Part shown: in pieces, positions 41,455 through 55,500 of the stretch
How the letters are laid out: the number at the start of each line of letters is the position of its first letter
Numbering within the stretch: position 1 is the stretch's first letter
Assembly: GCA_951406725.2 (NCBI GenBank)
Contig: OX597814.1
Location: 9,176,001 to 9,240,000, forward strand
Reading direction: 5' to 3'
Length of the DNA: 64,000 bases
DNA from: Octopus vulgaris
Lineage: Eukaryota
The notes under the pieces: generated by a model
What the model was told of the DNA's origin: nothing
Seen by the model: only the letters and a program-made list of their open reading frames with translations
Database searches by the model: none
Program-made: the position numbers and the translations under genes

Positions 41455-44400
41455 GCTGATGATGATGATAATAATAATAATAATAATAATAATAATTATT
41501 ATTATAATTATAATAATTATAATAAACATGAAAGACCGAAAAAACCTCACTCTATTCTCAACGAGAGCAAAAAATTTGCCACTGATCTCTAAGATACCCA
41601 CCAGATTGATCATGCTGAAGGAAATGTGCCAACTGCAGCTGCAAAGAAAATAAAATTAATTGCAAAGACAAAAGCACATGAAAATTTAGCTAGCAGATGG
41701 GAACAGAAACCTCTCCATGGCAAGTATGTGGCCCGTAGCAAACAAGCTGATGTCGACCAGAAACACACGCACCAATGGTTACGAAGCTCAGGGCTAAAAG
41801 CAGAGAGTGAAGGTTTCATATTAGCTGCTCAAGACCAATGCATATTAACCCGGAACTACCAAGCCAATGTGACAAAAAAATGGAGCTGATCCAAAATGCC
41901 GATTCTGTAACAATGAGATTGAAACTAAAGACCACCTAATCTCAAGGTGTAGAGTCTTAGCACCTGTAGAATATAAAGCAAGACATGACAGAGTCGGCCA
42001 GTATTTACATTGGACAATATGTCGGCATTATAAAATCAAAACCACTGACAAATGGTATAAACATCATCCTGAAGCTGTGACTGAGGTAGAAAATGTGTCT
42101 ATTCTATGGGACTTCCCCGCACAGACCGACAAGACTATAAAAGCTAATACACCGGATATTATTATAAAAGATCAGACAAAAAGGATGTGTTTATTAATTG
42201 ACATAAGTATTCCCCGTGATCACAATATAGCGGTGAAAGAATTTGACAAGATTAGTAAATATAAAGACCTGCTAATAGAAATTGAAAAAATGTGGCATCT
42301 CAAGGCAACTACAGTACCAGTGATTGTAGGATCTCTAGGAATGATAAAAAAAGGTACTGAAACCTATTTGAAAATGATTCCAGGCTTACCATCCCTACAG
42401 GAAGTGCAAAAAATCGTATTAACTGGAATGGCTCATGTACTGAGAAGAGCATTATCGCTGTGAAAATAACATCCATCCATGAATTTATTTATTTATTAAT
42501 TTTTAAATACATATTTTACCAGTGAATTTGCGTGTGTAATCTGGGAATGCATACAATGAGCTTCTGTCCCCTAGGTGTATGGAAAACACTCGGCGAGAAA
42601 TGGAAGAAAATTTGAAGAAAGAAAGAAAAAAGAATAATAATAATAATTATAATTTACGTTTATATATTTGTTGTGCAAGATTTTTTATGTGAAGTCGTGT
42701 GTTGAAACAGATATTGTATTTCGGAATGGTTATTTTGCCAGTTTAGCCAATAAAAACACACGCACTATATATTTGGTGTTACTTTGCTTCAGTGTTATTT
42801 ATTTTTTACATTAATCTTAATCTTATTTCGGCCAGAGTTCTTTCGTCACACTCCTGTGACCGCATCAGTGGTCCTTTGTTTTCTTCTTTCTTACTAACCA
42901 TCAGCCATTTTGTATTTCTATTGTATGTGTCTTCATTTGCGCATGCGTATATCTCTATGTGCGTCTATGTTTAGTTAGTGGGGGGGGTTGCCTGTAATAT
43001 TTGTATCTTCTGTTTATATACGTTCGTGTAATTTGTTGTTTTTGTTTTTTTCAATTTGTTCATGTTTACATCCACTTATTATTATTATCATTATTATTAT
43101 TATTATTACGTATGCTTGTATGTATGTATGTATGTATGTATGTATAACAACAATACTAGTAATAACAATAATAATAATAATAATAAAACATTAAAAAAAA
43201 TTTTTTTATTTAAAAATTTTTTTTAATCTTTTAAATTTAAAAAAAAAACCTATATAGTTATTTATTTCTATTTGTTTGTTTATCTGTGTATTTTATTTAT
43301 TATGTTTTCAGTTTTGTTTATATTGTAACCAGTTTATGGGGATCTTCTGTCATATGTTGTGGTGTGTGCTAGTGTTCCATTCCAGTTTCCTATTCAGGCT
43401 TGGTTTATCTTCTGTTATGTGTGTAGCTTCTGTAATTTGTCTGATTGTTGCATCTGTTCTATGTGTGGACAAGATTTTAACCTCTATGTTGTTGATTGAT
43501 CTCCTGTGTTCCTGCTCGGCGTGTAGGTACAGAATCGATGAGCTCTTTCCTTCCTTAAGTTCTCTCCAATGTCCATTTACCCACTCTCCTATGCTTCGTG
43601 CTGTTTCCCCTACGTGTGTTGTTGTCTTGTTACTGCATCGTCCCTCTATACATCTTATACTATAGACTACATTTCTGGCTTTACAGTTTGTTTGTGGGCT
43701 AAATCTACACACAGTACAGTACCTATCCGTACAGGGGGTTCTACTAAAAGGGGCTCAATCAACAACATAGAGGTTAAAATCTTGTCCACACATAGAACAG
43801 ATGCAACAATCAGACAAATTACAGAAGCTACACACATAACAGAAGATAAACCTAGCCTGAATAGGAAAGTGGAATAGAACACTAGCACACACCACAACAT
43901 ATGACAGAAGAGGATCCCCATAAACTGGTTACAATATAAACAAAACTGAAAACATAATAAATAAAATACACAGATAAATAAACAAATAGAAATAAATAAC
44001 TATATAGGATTTTTTTTAATTTAAAAGATTAAAAAATTTTTTAAATAAAAAAAAATTTTTTAATGTTTTATTATTATTATTATTGTTATTACTAGTATTG
44101 TTGTTATACATACATACAAGCATACATAATAATAATAATAATGATAATAATAATAATAAGTGGGTGTAAACACATGAGCAAAATAATTAACAAAAACAAA
44201 AAAAGAAACAAATTACACGAACGTATATAAACAGAAGATACAAATATTACAGGCTTCCCCCCCACACACACACACACTAAATATACATAGACGCAAATGA
44301 AGATATACAATAGAAATACAAAATGGCTGACGGTTAGTAAGGAGATACACAAATAAGAAAGAAGAAAGCAAAGGACCACTTTTGCTGTCACAGGAGTGTG

Positions 44401-47400
44401 ACGAAAGAACTCTGGCCGAAATAAGATTAAGATTAATGTAAAAAATAAATAACACTGAAGCAAAGTAACACCAAATATATAGTGCGTGCGTTTTTTATTG
44501 GCTAAACTGGCAAAATAACCATTCTGAAATATAACAATAATAATAATCACTGATGTTTAATAGAGAAGACACCATAATATTCAATATCAACAAACAAATT
44601 GTTTACCTTTTGAATGAAATCCTTCATTTTCCTGTTTATTTTGGAGATATTCATCAAATTTCTGTAAAAATCAAAACCATGAGAATCATTTTTGTTTAAT
44701 TTTTTGCTTTTTTTTTAAAGAGAAGAGATTTAATTTAACAAAAGACAAAAAAAATATTTAAAATATTTAATGATTTCTTTTTAATCAGTAATAAGGAAAT
44801 GAGGAAAATTTCTTTTATCACTCAGATCAAAGATATTCCATCCATGGCCTTCCAGTCTACTGGGAGACATGGTATTATAGTGGATGCGGCAGAAAAACCT
44901 TCCACTGTGACCACTGATGTGGTGTCAGTGAAGTTAAACATGTGGCAATGGTGTCTTCATGTAGCTGAAGTTGTATTGTTTCTTCTCTCCACTCACCATT
45001 CTGATTAAAACTGCTGAGTCTTGTGTTTGCTGTTGAAATGTCTATCAAGAATGTTGAAGTTGAGGTTCTTTGGTGCATCTTGTGTAGCCAAGAATATTTG
45101 AGCAACAAAAGCAGAGTACAAGGTAATTATTTTCATATTGTAAGCAAGAAGGAGGAGGTGGAGGAGGTCCAACAATTAGGATCATGGTCATTCATAAGAG
45201 AGATAACAAAGGAAAAGAGAAAAGATTCAAAAAGAAAGAACTTCACAAACAGTTCTACAGTGGACAGGAATTTCCCCTATTTCTTCATTCAATACCAAAA
45301 GGACATAAAGAATGCCTTTCGGTATTAACACTGCTTCTGTTGCTATTAATTATCTTTAATAAGCCTTCAGGCTATTTGTGACATCAGTGTCTATATATCG
45401 TTGACGGAGATTTGGCTGTTATGTTGCTACAGGGCGTCTGTCACTGATGAAACTGAGCAAAGCGAAAATACATGATCTGGCAGTTCTGGTACCTGTAGCA
45501 GATGATTGTCGTCTACAAACAATGTAAATATGAGTGCTTTTATGGACCGTGTGTCCATATGAGAGGTCCTCTCAAGGTAAATAAGGCAGTATTTGGTGTT
45601 CTAACACAACATCCACATTTAGTTGGACATAAATATTGCCTCTTGATATTAATACTGCTTCAGTTATTATTACTTTTAATTACCTTGATTTAGGTTCAGT
45701 CCATGTGTCCATCCATCCATCCATCCATCCATCCATCTGATTGGCTATTGTCTGCATCGTCTCACATAAGTCCATATATTTATGTATTTATGCATATACT
45801 CTTTTACTCTTTACTCTTTTACTTGCTTCAGTTATTTGACTGCGGCCATGCTGGAGCACCGCCTTTAGTCAAGCAAATTGACCCTGGGACTTATTCTTTG
45901 TAAGCCCAGTACTTATTCTATCGGTCTCTTTTGCCGAACCGCTAAGTGACGGGGACATAAACACACCAGCATCGGTTGTCAAGCAATGCTAGGGGGACAA
46001 ACACACACACATACATATACATACATATATACGACAGGCTTCTTTCAGTTTACGTCTACCAAATCCACTCACAAGGCACTGGTCGGCCTGGGGCTATAGC
46101 AGAAGACACTTGCCCAAGATGCCACGCAGTGGGATATATCTGTATATATTTTTGACAGAAAGGTGCCTAATAACATCTGCTTGCTATGAGTGAAGCTTGC
46201 TTGAAAATTAGCCCATTAAGGGTGAATTTTCATATTGCAAAATCTTATCTCATAAACATTTTCATCTGTCTGGGAAACATACATGGACAGTGCAGCTAAC
46301 ACTATCAGCGTTCCTGTGTTCCAGTTAAAAGTGGAATTTCTACCATTACCATTACTGACCACTTTGAAGAAAAAAGAAAACATTGATGCACTCACACACA
46401 CACACATGAACAACAATACGCATACTGACACAAGCTTTCCTTCCAAACAAATGGGAAGGGAAGGCAAATAGATGAACGGTGCAACCACCTCTATTATCTC
46501 TCCTTTTACTACCACTGTTACAAAAACCACTACCACCAGCAACACTACAGTTGACAAACTGAATAACTTTGCAGCTATTTTAAGACAAAAAAAGACAGTT
46601 AATATCCTTCACAAAAGAAGAACTACTACAGTGCAAAAAGTTATTGAACAAAGAAAATAGGAGTATAAACCTCAACACCCCAGAAGGCATTTTCAGGACA
46701 AAATCTAAAAATAAACAATAATATATAAAACCCTAAATATAAAGATTAAAAAACTAGAACAAGCCACTCAACAAACAGTTGAGAACAGTCTACGGCCCGT
46801 ATGGGCTTATGAAACATATATGACAAGGGGCAAAAGATTTGCCACCATCCAGGTAGGACTTGACACGGAGGAGCGCATGAAAGATTTATCAGGGAAATTC
46901 CTCATATGAGAGGACTTGATGATTCCTACTTACCTTGGTTGTCGAGTGATGGAGGTGAGACACAAAGATGTCCCCTCCGAGATACAAATAAGATGGCTGG
47001 TGTCAGCTGTCTGTTATGATTTGAAGAAAATTTAAACATATTTAAAATTGCTGTCCTGGAACAGCAAAACTGGGTTGGATGAGGGGTGGAGCTTGTAATC
47101 CAAACAAATAAGGAGACAATTGAAATTCTCCCAGATTTAATAAAGCTACCAGATGGCATGAACCTAAATGTCACCATTGAGGGCAGAAGGCCACGTTGCT
47201 ACATTTGTGGTAGCAAACACCATTTAAAAATTGACTACAAATTGGCAAAACAACAACAACAACAAGACCAGAGTCCCAAGAGCAAACCAGCACAATTACC
47301 CACATGACCATCAACACAAAAAATGAAACAGCTCTTTATTTATCTATACCTTTATCTATATGAAACAGCTCCACAAACAGATGAAAGAACTCCACAAAAC

Positions 47401-50400
47401 AACCCACCTACTTAACCAACCTAAGCAGTCAATGCCGCCAGCAACAGAAGCAACAACATCACCACCACCACCACCACCAACAACAGCTACAGAAGTACTG
47501 AACCCTGAAAAGGAAAAAAAAGACCAACCCTTCATCCCAACAGCCACCAACCATCTCTAACAACAGCATCAACACCAACACACTCTCAAATCGACCCCAA
47601 TACCATTTCCCTCCTATTTTCTGTTTCCTTTGACATGTCGTCTGATGAAGGTGACACAGAAGAACGACAAATAGCCACAGGGGGGGGGGAAGGGGTGAAA
47701 AAAAAAGAACTACACAATCAAACAAGGGAGGGAGATCAAAAACTCCCGACAACAAAACTCCCACACATAACAACATCAGCACCAACACAAACACCAACAA
47801 AGCTAACCGCCATCAACACAAACAATTTGGATCTGATGCAATACATTAGGTCAAACACCGACATAACACCAAGACAATGTTAAAACTAACAACCACCCAT
47901 GCACAACACATAAATATCCTGCACATGATGCAAAATGCACAATACACTGAAATATCTCTAACCCAATGCAGAAGAGAGATTTCAAAAATATCTCCCGGAA
48001 AAACTATATAAAAACCTCCTGACAGAAACGTCTAAGGAGGAAAGCAACCAACTTTCAAACAGTAAGTGACTCTCTCTCTCTCTCCCTCCTTTTTCTTTTT
48101 CTCCCTGAGTGTAAAACACAAGTTTCGTTAATGTCATGTTCAAAATAGGTAGTGCAAATGTGCATGGCTTGGTATCCCTTTGGAAACAAGGTTACCTGTT
48201 AAATGAGATCAAATCACAAAATGTAGATATCATAGCTATTGGCGAGACCAGACTCCACAACCCATGGGCCCTCGACCCCATGTTTGCCAGACAATTTGAC
48301 GTTTATTTTTCTCTGTGTCTGCCAAGAATGGGCAGCGGTGGTACTATGGTGCCTTTTCAAAAGAGTCTGAATCTGAAAGTAAGGGCAATATTCCCTGACC
48401 CAGAGGGTAGGCTGGTTGTCTTGGATGCCCATAGCAGTTATGGGTGTGCTTTTCGACTGGTGGCAGTATATGCACCGTCCTTATCAGGTTGGCCAGATTT
48501 CTTTCAATGTCTACAGGTTTTCCTGAGTATGTCTCAACTTTTACTTTTAGTGGGGGATTGGAACACTATCTTGGATATGTGTCAAAGACCTTCTCAGATG
48601 TTTCCAACTGTCTGACAGGTACCGACAGGTTGGCCCTCAACTAACACTTCAATGTCAAACACAAAGGGTGCGTTGGCAGGGCTAGGATGTGTGCTCTAAG
48701 AAACGAAGGTGTTGGAGCTGTGCAAGAGGCCCAGGTGGCAGAGGGCAACAGGGCAACAAAGCCACCATTCGGTCTCTGATGGATGAACATGGGTGCAAAT
48801 TACTCAAGCCCAGTAAAATGTGTGATGCCTTTCAGCAGTACTTTACCTGACTGTTTGGGATATGTGGTGAGTCATAACACAGTATAGACTTTAGTGCCTA
48901 TCTGCATGTCCTGCCACAACTCTCGGAAAGAGAGGCAGAGTGTTGTGAAGGTTTCATCACAGCTGCTGATGTACAGAATTTGATGGCAGGCTGCGTGAGA
49001 GACATGTTGGTGGGCTTGGGTGGTCTGCCCTACATGCTTGTAGCATGGCTCGGTGATATCCTCACTGTTTGAGAGAGATCATAGAAATGATGTCGTGTTA
49101 GATAGCAGCCAGCCTACGGCTACATGGAACTGGTTGTGTCCACTGCCCTGATTGGTTGGTTTTGATGCAGTCTTATTTCGCGCCAGTGTGTAAACCAACC
49201 AATCACGGCCTTTGGATAGGGTCCCATGACACAGTCTTTTGGGTTTTCACTCTTGCTTTAAAAGACGTCATCAATTCACTATATCTCGTCTTTGGTCTTC
49301 AACCACTGACCACAACCAGACCAGCCAGTTCCCACGACTCAACCAGTTCCAGCGACTTCAGCCACGTTCTTGTGATGACACCAACATGCAGTATCTCAGG
49401 AGGTTTTCCACCACCGTCGCCTTTAAGGTGACCGTGCATCATTTAAAAAGAGACATTTCTGTCACCATCTCCTTTACATATGGTTGTCACTACATTCTTT
49501 ATTGTCATATGCCAGACTTGTTTGGGGATCTCTACTGCAATTGGCAGCAAAATGGGAGTACCCTGAGTTTTGTGAACTGAGGAGCAGTGACACTGCTACA
49601 GAAAGACCCAAACAAGGGGGATGTTATACATAATTTCAGGTCCATCACTCTGTTCAATTGCAGATTTGAAAATTTTGGCCAAAGTGCAAGCCAAGAGGTT
49701 GGCACTTGTCATGGAGAAACTGGTCAACAAGGCACAAACATGCACCATGCCAGGCAAAAGCATCCATGATAACCTCCACTCGTGCGCTACATCACAGACA
49801 GGGTAGTTAAGGAAACTGGCATGGGTGGGGCACTGATCAATTTGGATCAATCAAAAGTTTTCAATAGGCTCAGCCATTGATACTTGGTGGCTGTTCTCAA
49901 GGCAGCTGGTTTCAGTTCTGTCATCCGTGGTTAGATTGCTGCTTTATACAGCAGCATCCACTCAGTAGTTCAAGTGAATGGCCATCTGTCCAAACCCTTT
50001 GACATTATGTTTTCGGTTTATCAGGGATGTCCCCTCTTGTCACTTCTGTATGTATTGACTCTTGAGCCACTACTGTGGAAGCTGGTGATACTGAAGGGCA
50101 TCCCACGAGAACTGGGATGCAGGATGAGTATGTTTGCATATGTAGATGATGTCACTGTCAATACTGTCAAGCCTTAGACCTATTGACTTGGTTGGCGAGA
50201 CACTAAGGGAGTACGAAGAAGAGTGGTCAATCTCACCCAGCTATGGGCTGAGATGAAGCTATCTCTAAAAGGTCGGGCTGAGGAGGAAAATGTGTACATC
50301 ACATCAGTCATCTACTGCTGTCTGACCATCTTACCTTGTCCTGATGCTACCAGCATGAAAATGGAATGTATACTCTTCCACTTTCTGCGGAAGGGAAATG

Positions 50401-51552
50401 TTTCTATGGTCAAGTGATCCATTTACTGTCAGCACCTGCTAAATGGAGAGCTGGGTATGCCATGGTTAATAATGTACAGACATGCACTGAAACTGCGACA
50501 TTTCCAGTGTTTAATTGACAATGGTGACCAGGTGTGGTCACCGTTTGTGAGACATATCTTCCTGCAGCTCGTCTCTTTCATCATTGATCAAGCAGAAACT
50601 GAGACTGGGCAAATGGCATCGTGGGTGTCACCTAGCTCTGGAACAGCTTTGCTGTCCAGGTTCAGGTATAAATAACTTCAAATCCACTCAGGTGTTCTTT
50701 AGAGGACTAGTGGAGGGGAGGTACTATGATGTGCTTGGGGAGAATCTGGACATCGACAGGGAACACCTGACCTGTTTCTTCAGGACCACTTTCAGGCCAG
50801 GACCTATGGACAATTTCCAGAGATTGTTGGCCTGGCAGTGCTACCAGGAAGCATTGCTTGTTTGAGAGAAGGTCTACAGACATGGTTCAAGAAACACCGA
50901 ACTGACCTGCCTGAGATGCGGTCAGAATGATGAAACTGTTCTGAACACACTCATACAGTGTCCACATATTTGTCAGCTGAGTCTATCCTGAATATTGCTC
51001 TGCCACCTTTCTTTAACTGGGTGGGCAAGGCAGTTTTCATCGTATTGGTGGCTATGGTGAAAGAATGTGTGTGGTGGACTCGTTTGAAAGGTTTAGAAAC
51101 AAACACTTTCCTCACTGGCCAATCTCTCATCAACTGTTTCAGGTATTAGTTGAAAAAAAAGGAAAGTAAGAGTAGAGAGGGAAATTTGTCTAATGAAAGA
51201 TTTAATAAAAGGTGGGTGAATGTAGCAAAAAGGTACGCATGAATGACGGAACCAACCAGTTTGAGCCTTAACTTGTAAAACAAAGAGAGAGAGAGGGCAA
51301 TTTGCTCTCATAGAAATTTTCCTTTTGCTGAGGTTACCATGGTTATTTTTCATAGGATTTTCTTTCCATGGATAACTGTAGTCCCCCTGTTGGGAATTCA
51401 AATTGTTAAGAAAAGATGCCACCTTGTTATCTATTTGTGCACATACCCCCAAATGTGTTCTTTTTTCAGTCTCTTTTCATCAATTTCGCAAAAGAAAAAT
51501 TCTACATTGTATTGTTTCCTCTGTGTTGAGCCCTGTTTGGCCAATTGAATTC

Positions 51553-51589
<37 letters not shown>

Positions 51590-51607
51590 TCTATTTGTCT
51601 ATCTATT

Positions 51608-51641
<34 letters not shown>

Positions 51642-52478
51642 TCAGTCTAGCTATTTGTCTCTCTGTCTGTCTGTCCGTCTTTCCGTCCGTCTGTCCATCC
51701 ATCCATTCATCCATCTATGTGTTGTTGTATCAGCTTTTAAGGTTGTAGTGTAGCTCTGTGATATCCTCACTGTTTGTGAGAAATCATAGAAATGATGTTG
51801 TGTTAGATAGCAGCCATCCTACGGCTGCTCGGGACCAGTTGTGTCCGCTTCCCTGATTGGTTGGTTTTGGTAAAGTTTGATTTCGCGCCAGTGTGTAAGT
51901 CAACCAATTAGAGCAGCGGACACAAACAGTCCCAAGCAGCCATTGCCTGGCTGCTATCTAACACGACATCATTTCTATGATTTCTCTCAAACAGTGAGGA
52001 TATCATTGAGCTATGCTACAAGGTAATCGCTTTTTTCTACCGTTTATTGAATAAGTTTTGTTTACATTTCCGTACACGAGATGTGTAAGGCACCCAGCTT
52101 TCATCTGGGTGTGTTTCCAAGGGGAAATTTTCCCCTAGGGGCAATTTCAGCCCTATTTTAATATCTAATTTGCTTTCTCAAGTTTTATAAATGTCGAGAA
52201 ATCTATCTGTCATCTGACATTTTCGTGTCGTCTGCATTTTTCATTGAACAAGCTTTGTTTACATTATTGCATTGGAGGTGTGTGAAGCACCCAGCTTTCA
52301 TTTGGGTATTTTGAAGGGTAGAATTGGCCCCTAGGGGCAGTTTCAGCACTACTTTAATATCCGATCTTCTTTCTTGATTTTGAAAATGTTGAGAAATTTG
52401 ATTGTGGAGCGCTGGTTGGTATCCTTCATGAATGAACATTTTCCTAGCCTGGGAATGATGAAAGAAAAAAAGAACGAA

Positions 52479-52529
<51 letters not shown>

Positions 52530-55500
52530 AAAGTAAGATGGACAAGAAATTGCTGTCAACGCCATGAATACTAATTCCACAATCGTTAACAGCCCTGTCA
52601 TCACCACCACCACCAAGACTACCACATCTACCACTGCTACCACCACAGCAACCATTAATAACAACAGCAACAACAACAACAACAATACTATCACTACAAT
52701 TGTGCCTATTGATTCCCATAAACTGATTATCTCACCTATTACTGGTGAAGATATTAATACTATTAATAAAAATATACCATCCACTGTTTCTACTATCACC
52801 ACTACAAACATTACCACCACCACCAACAACAAAAAGAGCACCATGGTTGCTAAGCCAAATACTCCAAGCAATGCCACTACACCATTAACTAACATTATTG
52901 AGGATTCCAAAACTTTTTATCCAAAAAATTATTTAAAAAACCTCCTCCAAGACACTTCAAAGGAGGAGGAATGTAAAACTTTCAAAATGAGTATGTAACC
53001 TTCTCTCTCATCTCTTTACTATTGTGTATAAAACACAACTTTTGACTAAATTATGCTTAAATTAGGTTGTGTAAATGTATATGGCTTTGCATCAGCTTGG
53101 AAACAAGGTTATCTTCTAAATAACATCAAGTCACTGAACATTGATATAGTAGCTATCAGTGAAACCAGACTCAGTAACCTGAGGGCCCTCTCGTCCATGT
53201 TTGATGGACAATTCGACATATATTTTTCTCCCTCTCGGCCAAACATGGGTGGTGGTTGTACCGCAGTGCTTTTTCAGAAGAGTCTAAGCCTAAAAGTAAG
53301 GTCAATATTCCTAGACCCGGAGGGTAGGCTGGTTGTCTTGGACGTCGATGGCAGAAATGAGTGTGCTTTCCATCTGATGGCAGTGTATGCACCGTCCTTA
53401 ACGGGTCGGGCGGATTTCTTCAGACGTCTAGAGGTTTTCCTGGGAACGTCTCAACCTTTACTGTTAGTAGGGGACTGGAACGCTACATTGGACATGCATC
53501 TAGACTTTGTAGGAATGGATAGGAATAGAAGGGGATGTAAGTGCCTCAAAGACCTGCTCAGACATTTTCATCTGTCTGACAGGTTCCGACTTGACCATCC
53601 GAATATGCCAATGTGGACTTGGACAAACCGCATTGGATTGTCGAGATCGTACTTAGATAGAGTTCTATGTAGAACAGCAGATAGAGAGAGCGTAGGATGT
53701 CCACAATTTAAAATAGTCAGCTACAAAGATCACAAATTTGTGATGTGTACGCACAACTTAGATAAGACTCATAGGCAGGGTCCTGGTTACTGGAAACTGA
53801 ACGCGTCACTCTAAGTGCTGCAGATTTACAGGAACTGGATTAGCAAGTTAATTAAGAGGGCATTAACAGGAGCCATCATTAACAACCTCTGGTGGTTTGC
53901 CCTAAAAACGGCAATTAAATCAGGTTTAGCAAAGAATTAGCCATAGATCGAAATAGAGTAGAGGGAGACTTAGTTAAGAAACTAGAAGAGGCACTTTCAA
54001 CTCGCAACACAACCAACATATTGGCTGCAAAGTTGGCCTTCGACCAACAGCTCAACACCAAACACGAAGGTTGGGTCATCAGATCTAAAATGTGTGCCTT
54101 AAAAAATGAAGGGATTGAAGCTGTTGAAGAAGCCCGTGTAGCAGAGGTGCAACGTGGCAACAAAGCCACCATTTGGTCTCTAATAGATCAACGGGGATGC
54201 AATTTACTTGAACCCGAAAGGATGTGTGAGGCCTTTCAACATCACCTTGCTCGACTATTTGGTGAGTGGTGGGTCGGAATGCAGGATGGAATTCAGTGCC
54301 TACCTGACCAGCCTGCGGCGGCTCTCGGCAAGAGAAGCTGAGTGTTGTGAGGGTCTCATCACAGCTACTGATGCGATGGTGGGTTGTGCAAGAGATAAGT
54401 TGCCTGGATTGGACAGTCTACCCTACAAGCTGTATTGTCAAATGCCAGACTTATTTGGTGACCTCATGGCATCAGTCTTCTGCAACTGGCAACAAAACGG
54501 GAGAATCCCCAGTTTCGTGAGCCGAGGTGCAGTGACATTACTGAAGAAAGACATAAACAAGGGGAATTTTATAGATAATTTCAGGCCCATCAGTCTGCTC
54601 AACGCATTGAAAATTTTGGCCAAAGTAATAGCCGAGAGGTTGTTGCTTGTCATCGATAAACTGGTCAACAGGGCACAAACATGCACCGTGCTGGGCAGAA
54701 CCATCCATGACAACCTCCACCTCATGCACTACATCATGGACAGGGTAATTAAGGATCCTGGTATGGGTGGGGCGCTGATCAATTTGGATCAATCTAAAGC
54801 TTTCGATAGGGTCGACCACCAATACCTAGAAGCTGTTCTCAGAGCAGCTGGCTTTGGTCCCGTCTTCTGCAGTTGGATCACTGCCTTGTATAGCGGCATC
54901 CAATTGATAATTCAGGTAAACGGTCACCTTTCAAAACCTTTTGACATCATGCATTTTGCCCGTCAGGGATGTCCCCTATTGGCGCTTCTCTATGTATTGG
55001 TTCTCGAGCCACTATTGTGGAAGCTAGCGACACTGAGGGGTATTCCACGAGAGTTGTGTTGCAGGATGAGCATGTCGGCATATGCAGTTGATGCCATTGT
55101 CATAGTGTTGAGCCAAAAGTGCATCGAGCTGCTAGGCGAAACGGTGATGGGAGCAAAAAATAACCCGGAAAAGTCAGTGGGCTTGCTACTCGGCAACTGG
55201 AGAAGGAAGCCCATACTGTCCAAGAGTGACTCTGTAGGGGGATGCTGGATGAACGGACCAGTTGAATTACTTGGGGTCTGGTTCGGTCCGGATCACCAAA
55301 TGGATAAGAACTGCTGGGATGAGATCACGAGTAGAGTGGTCACTCTCAGCCAAACATGGGCTGTGAGAAAGCTATCTCTAAAAGATCGGGCGGAGGTGGC
55401 AAATACATATATTGCCTCAGTCATCGATTATCACCTGACCGTCGTGCCTTGTCCCAATGCCACCATCATGAAACTAGAACGCATACTCTTTTGATTTCTG

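Larger units (their letters stand above)
33795..48620. repeat. Segmental duplication copy 2 (~14.8 kb)
   Basis: As above. Confidence 0.97.

Noticed and set aside
14797-48620. Possibility that the 19-kb duplication is purely an uncollapsed-haplotype assembly error
   Set aside because: Not favoured: a clearly distinct third module and a distinct D1 exon exist, and the copies differ by clustered exon changes and different Tx1 structures. It cannot be fully excluded without read depth
52203-52910. 235-aa hydrophobic minus-strand ORF (also 10757..11224 and 27250..27648)
   Set aside because: Antisense of Thr/Asn-rich low-complexity Tx1 ORF1 and (CA)n repeats
53053-55494. Active autonomous Tx1 element or domesticated RT
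   Set aside because: ORF2 is broken by stops and frameshifts, and the catalytic YADD reads YAVD
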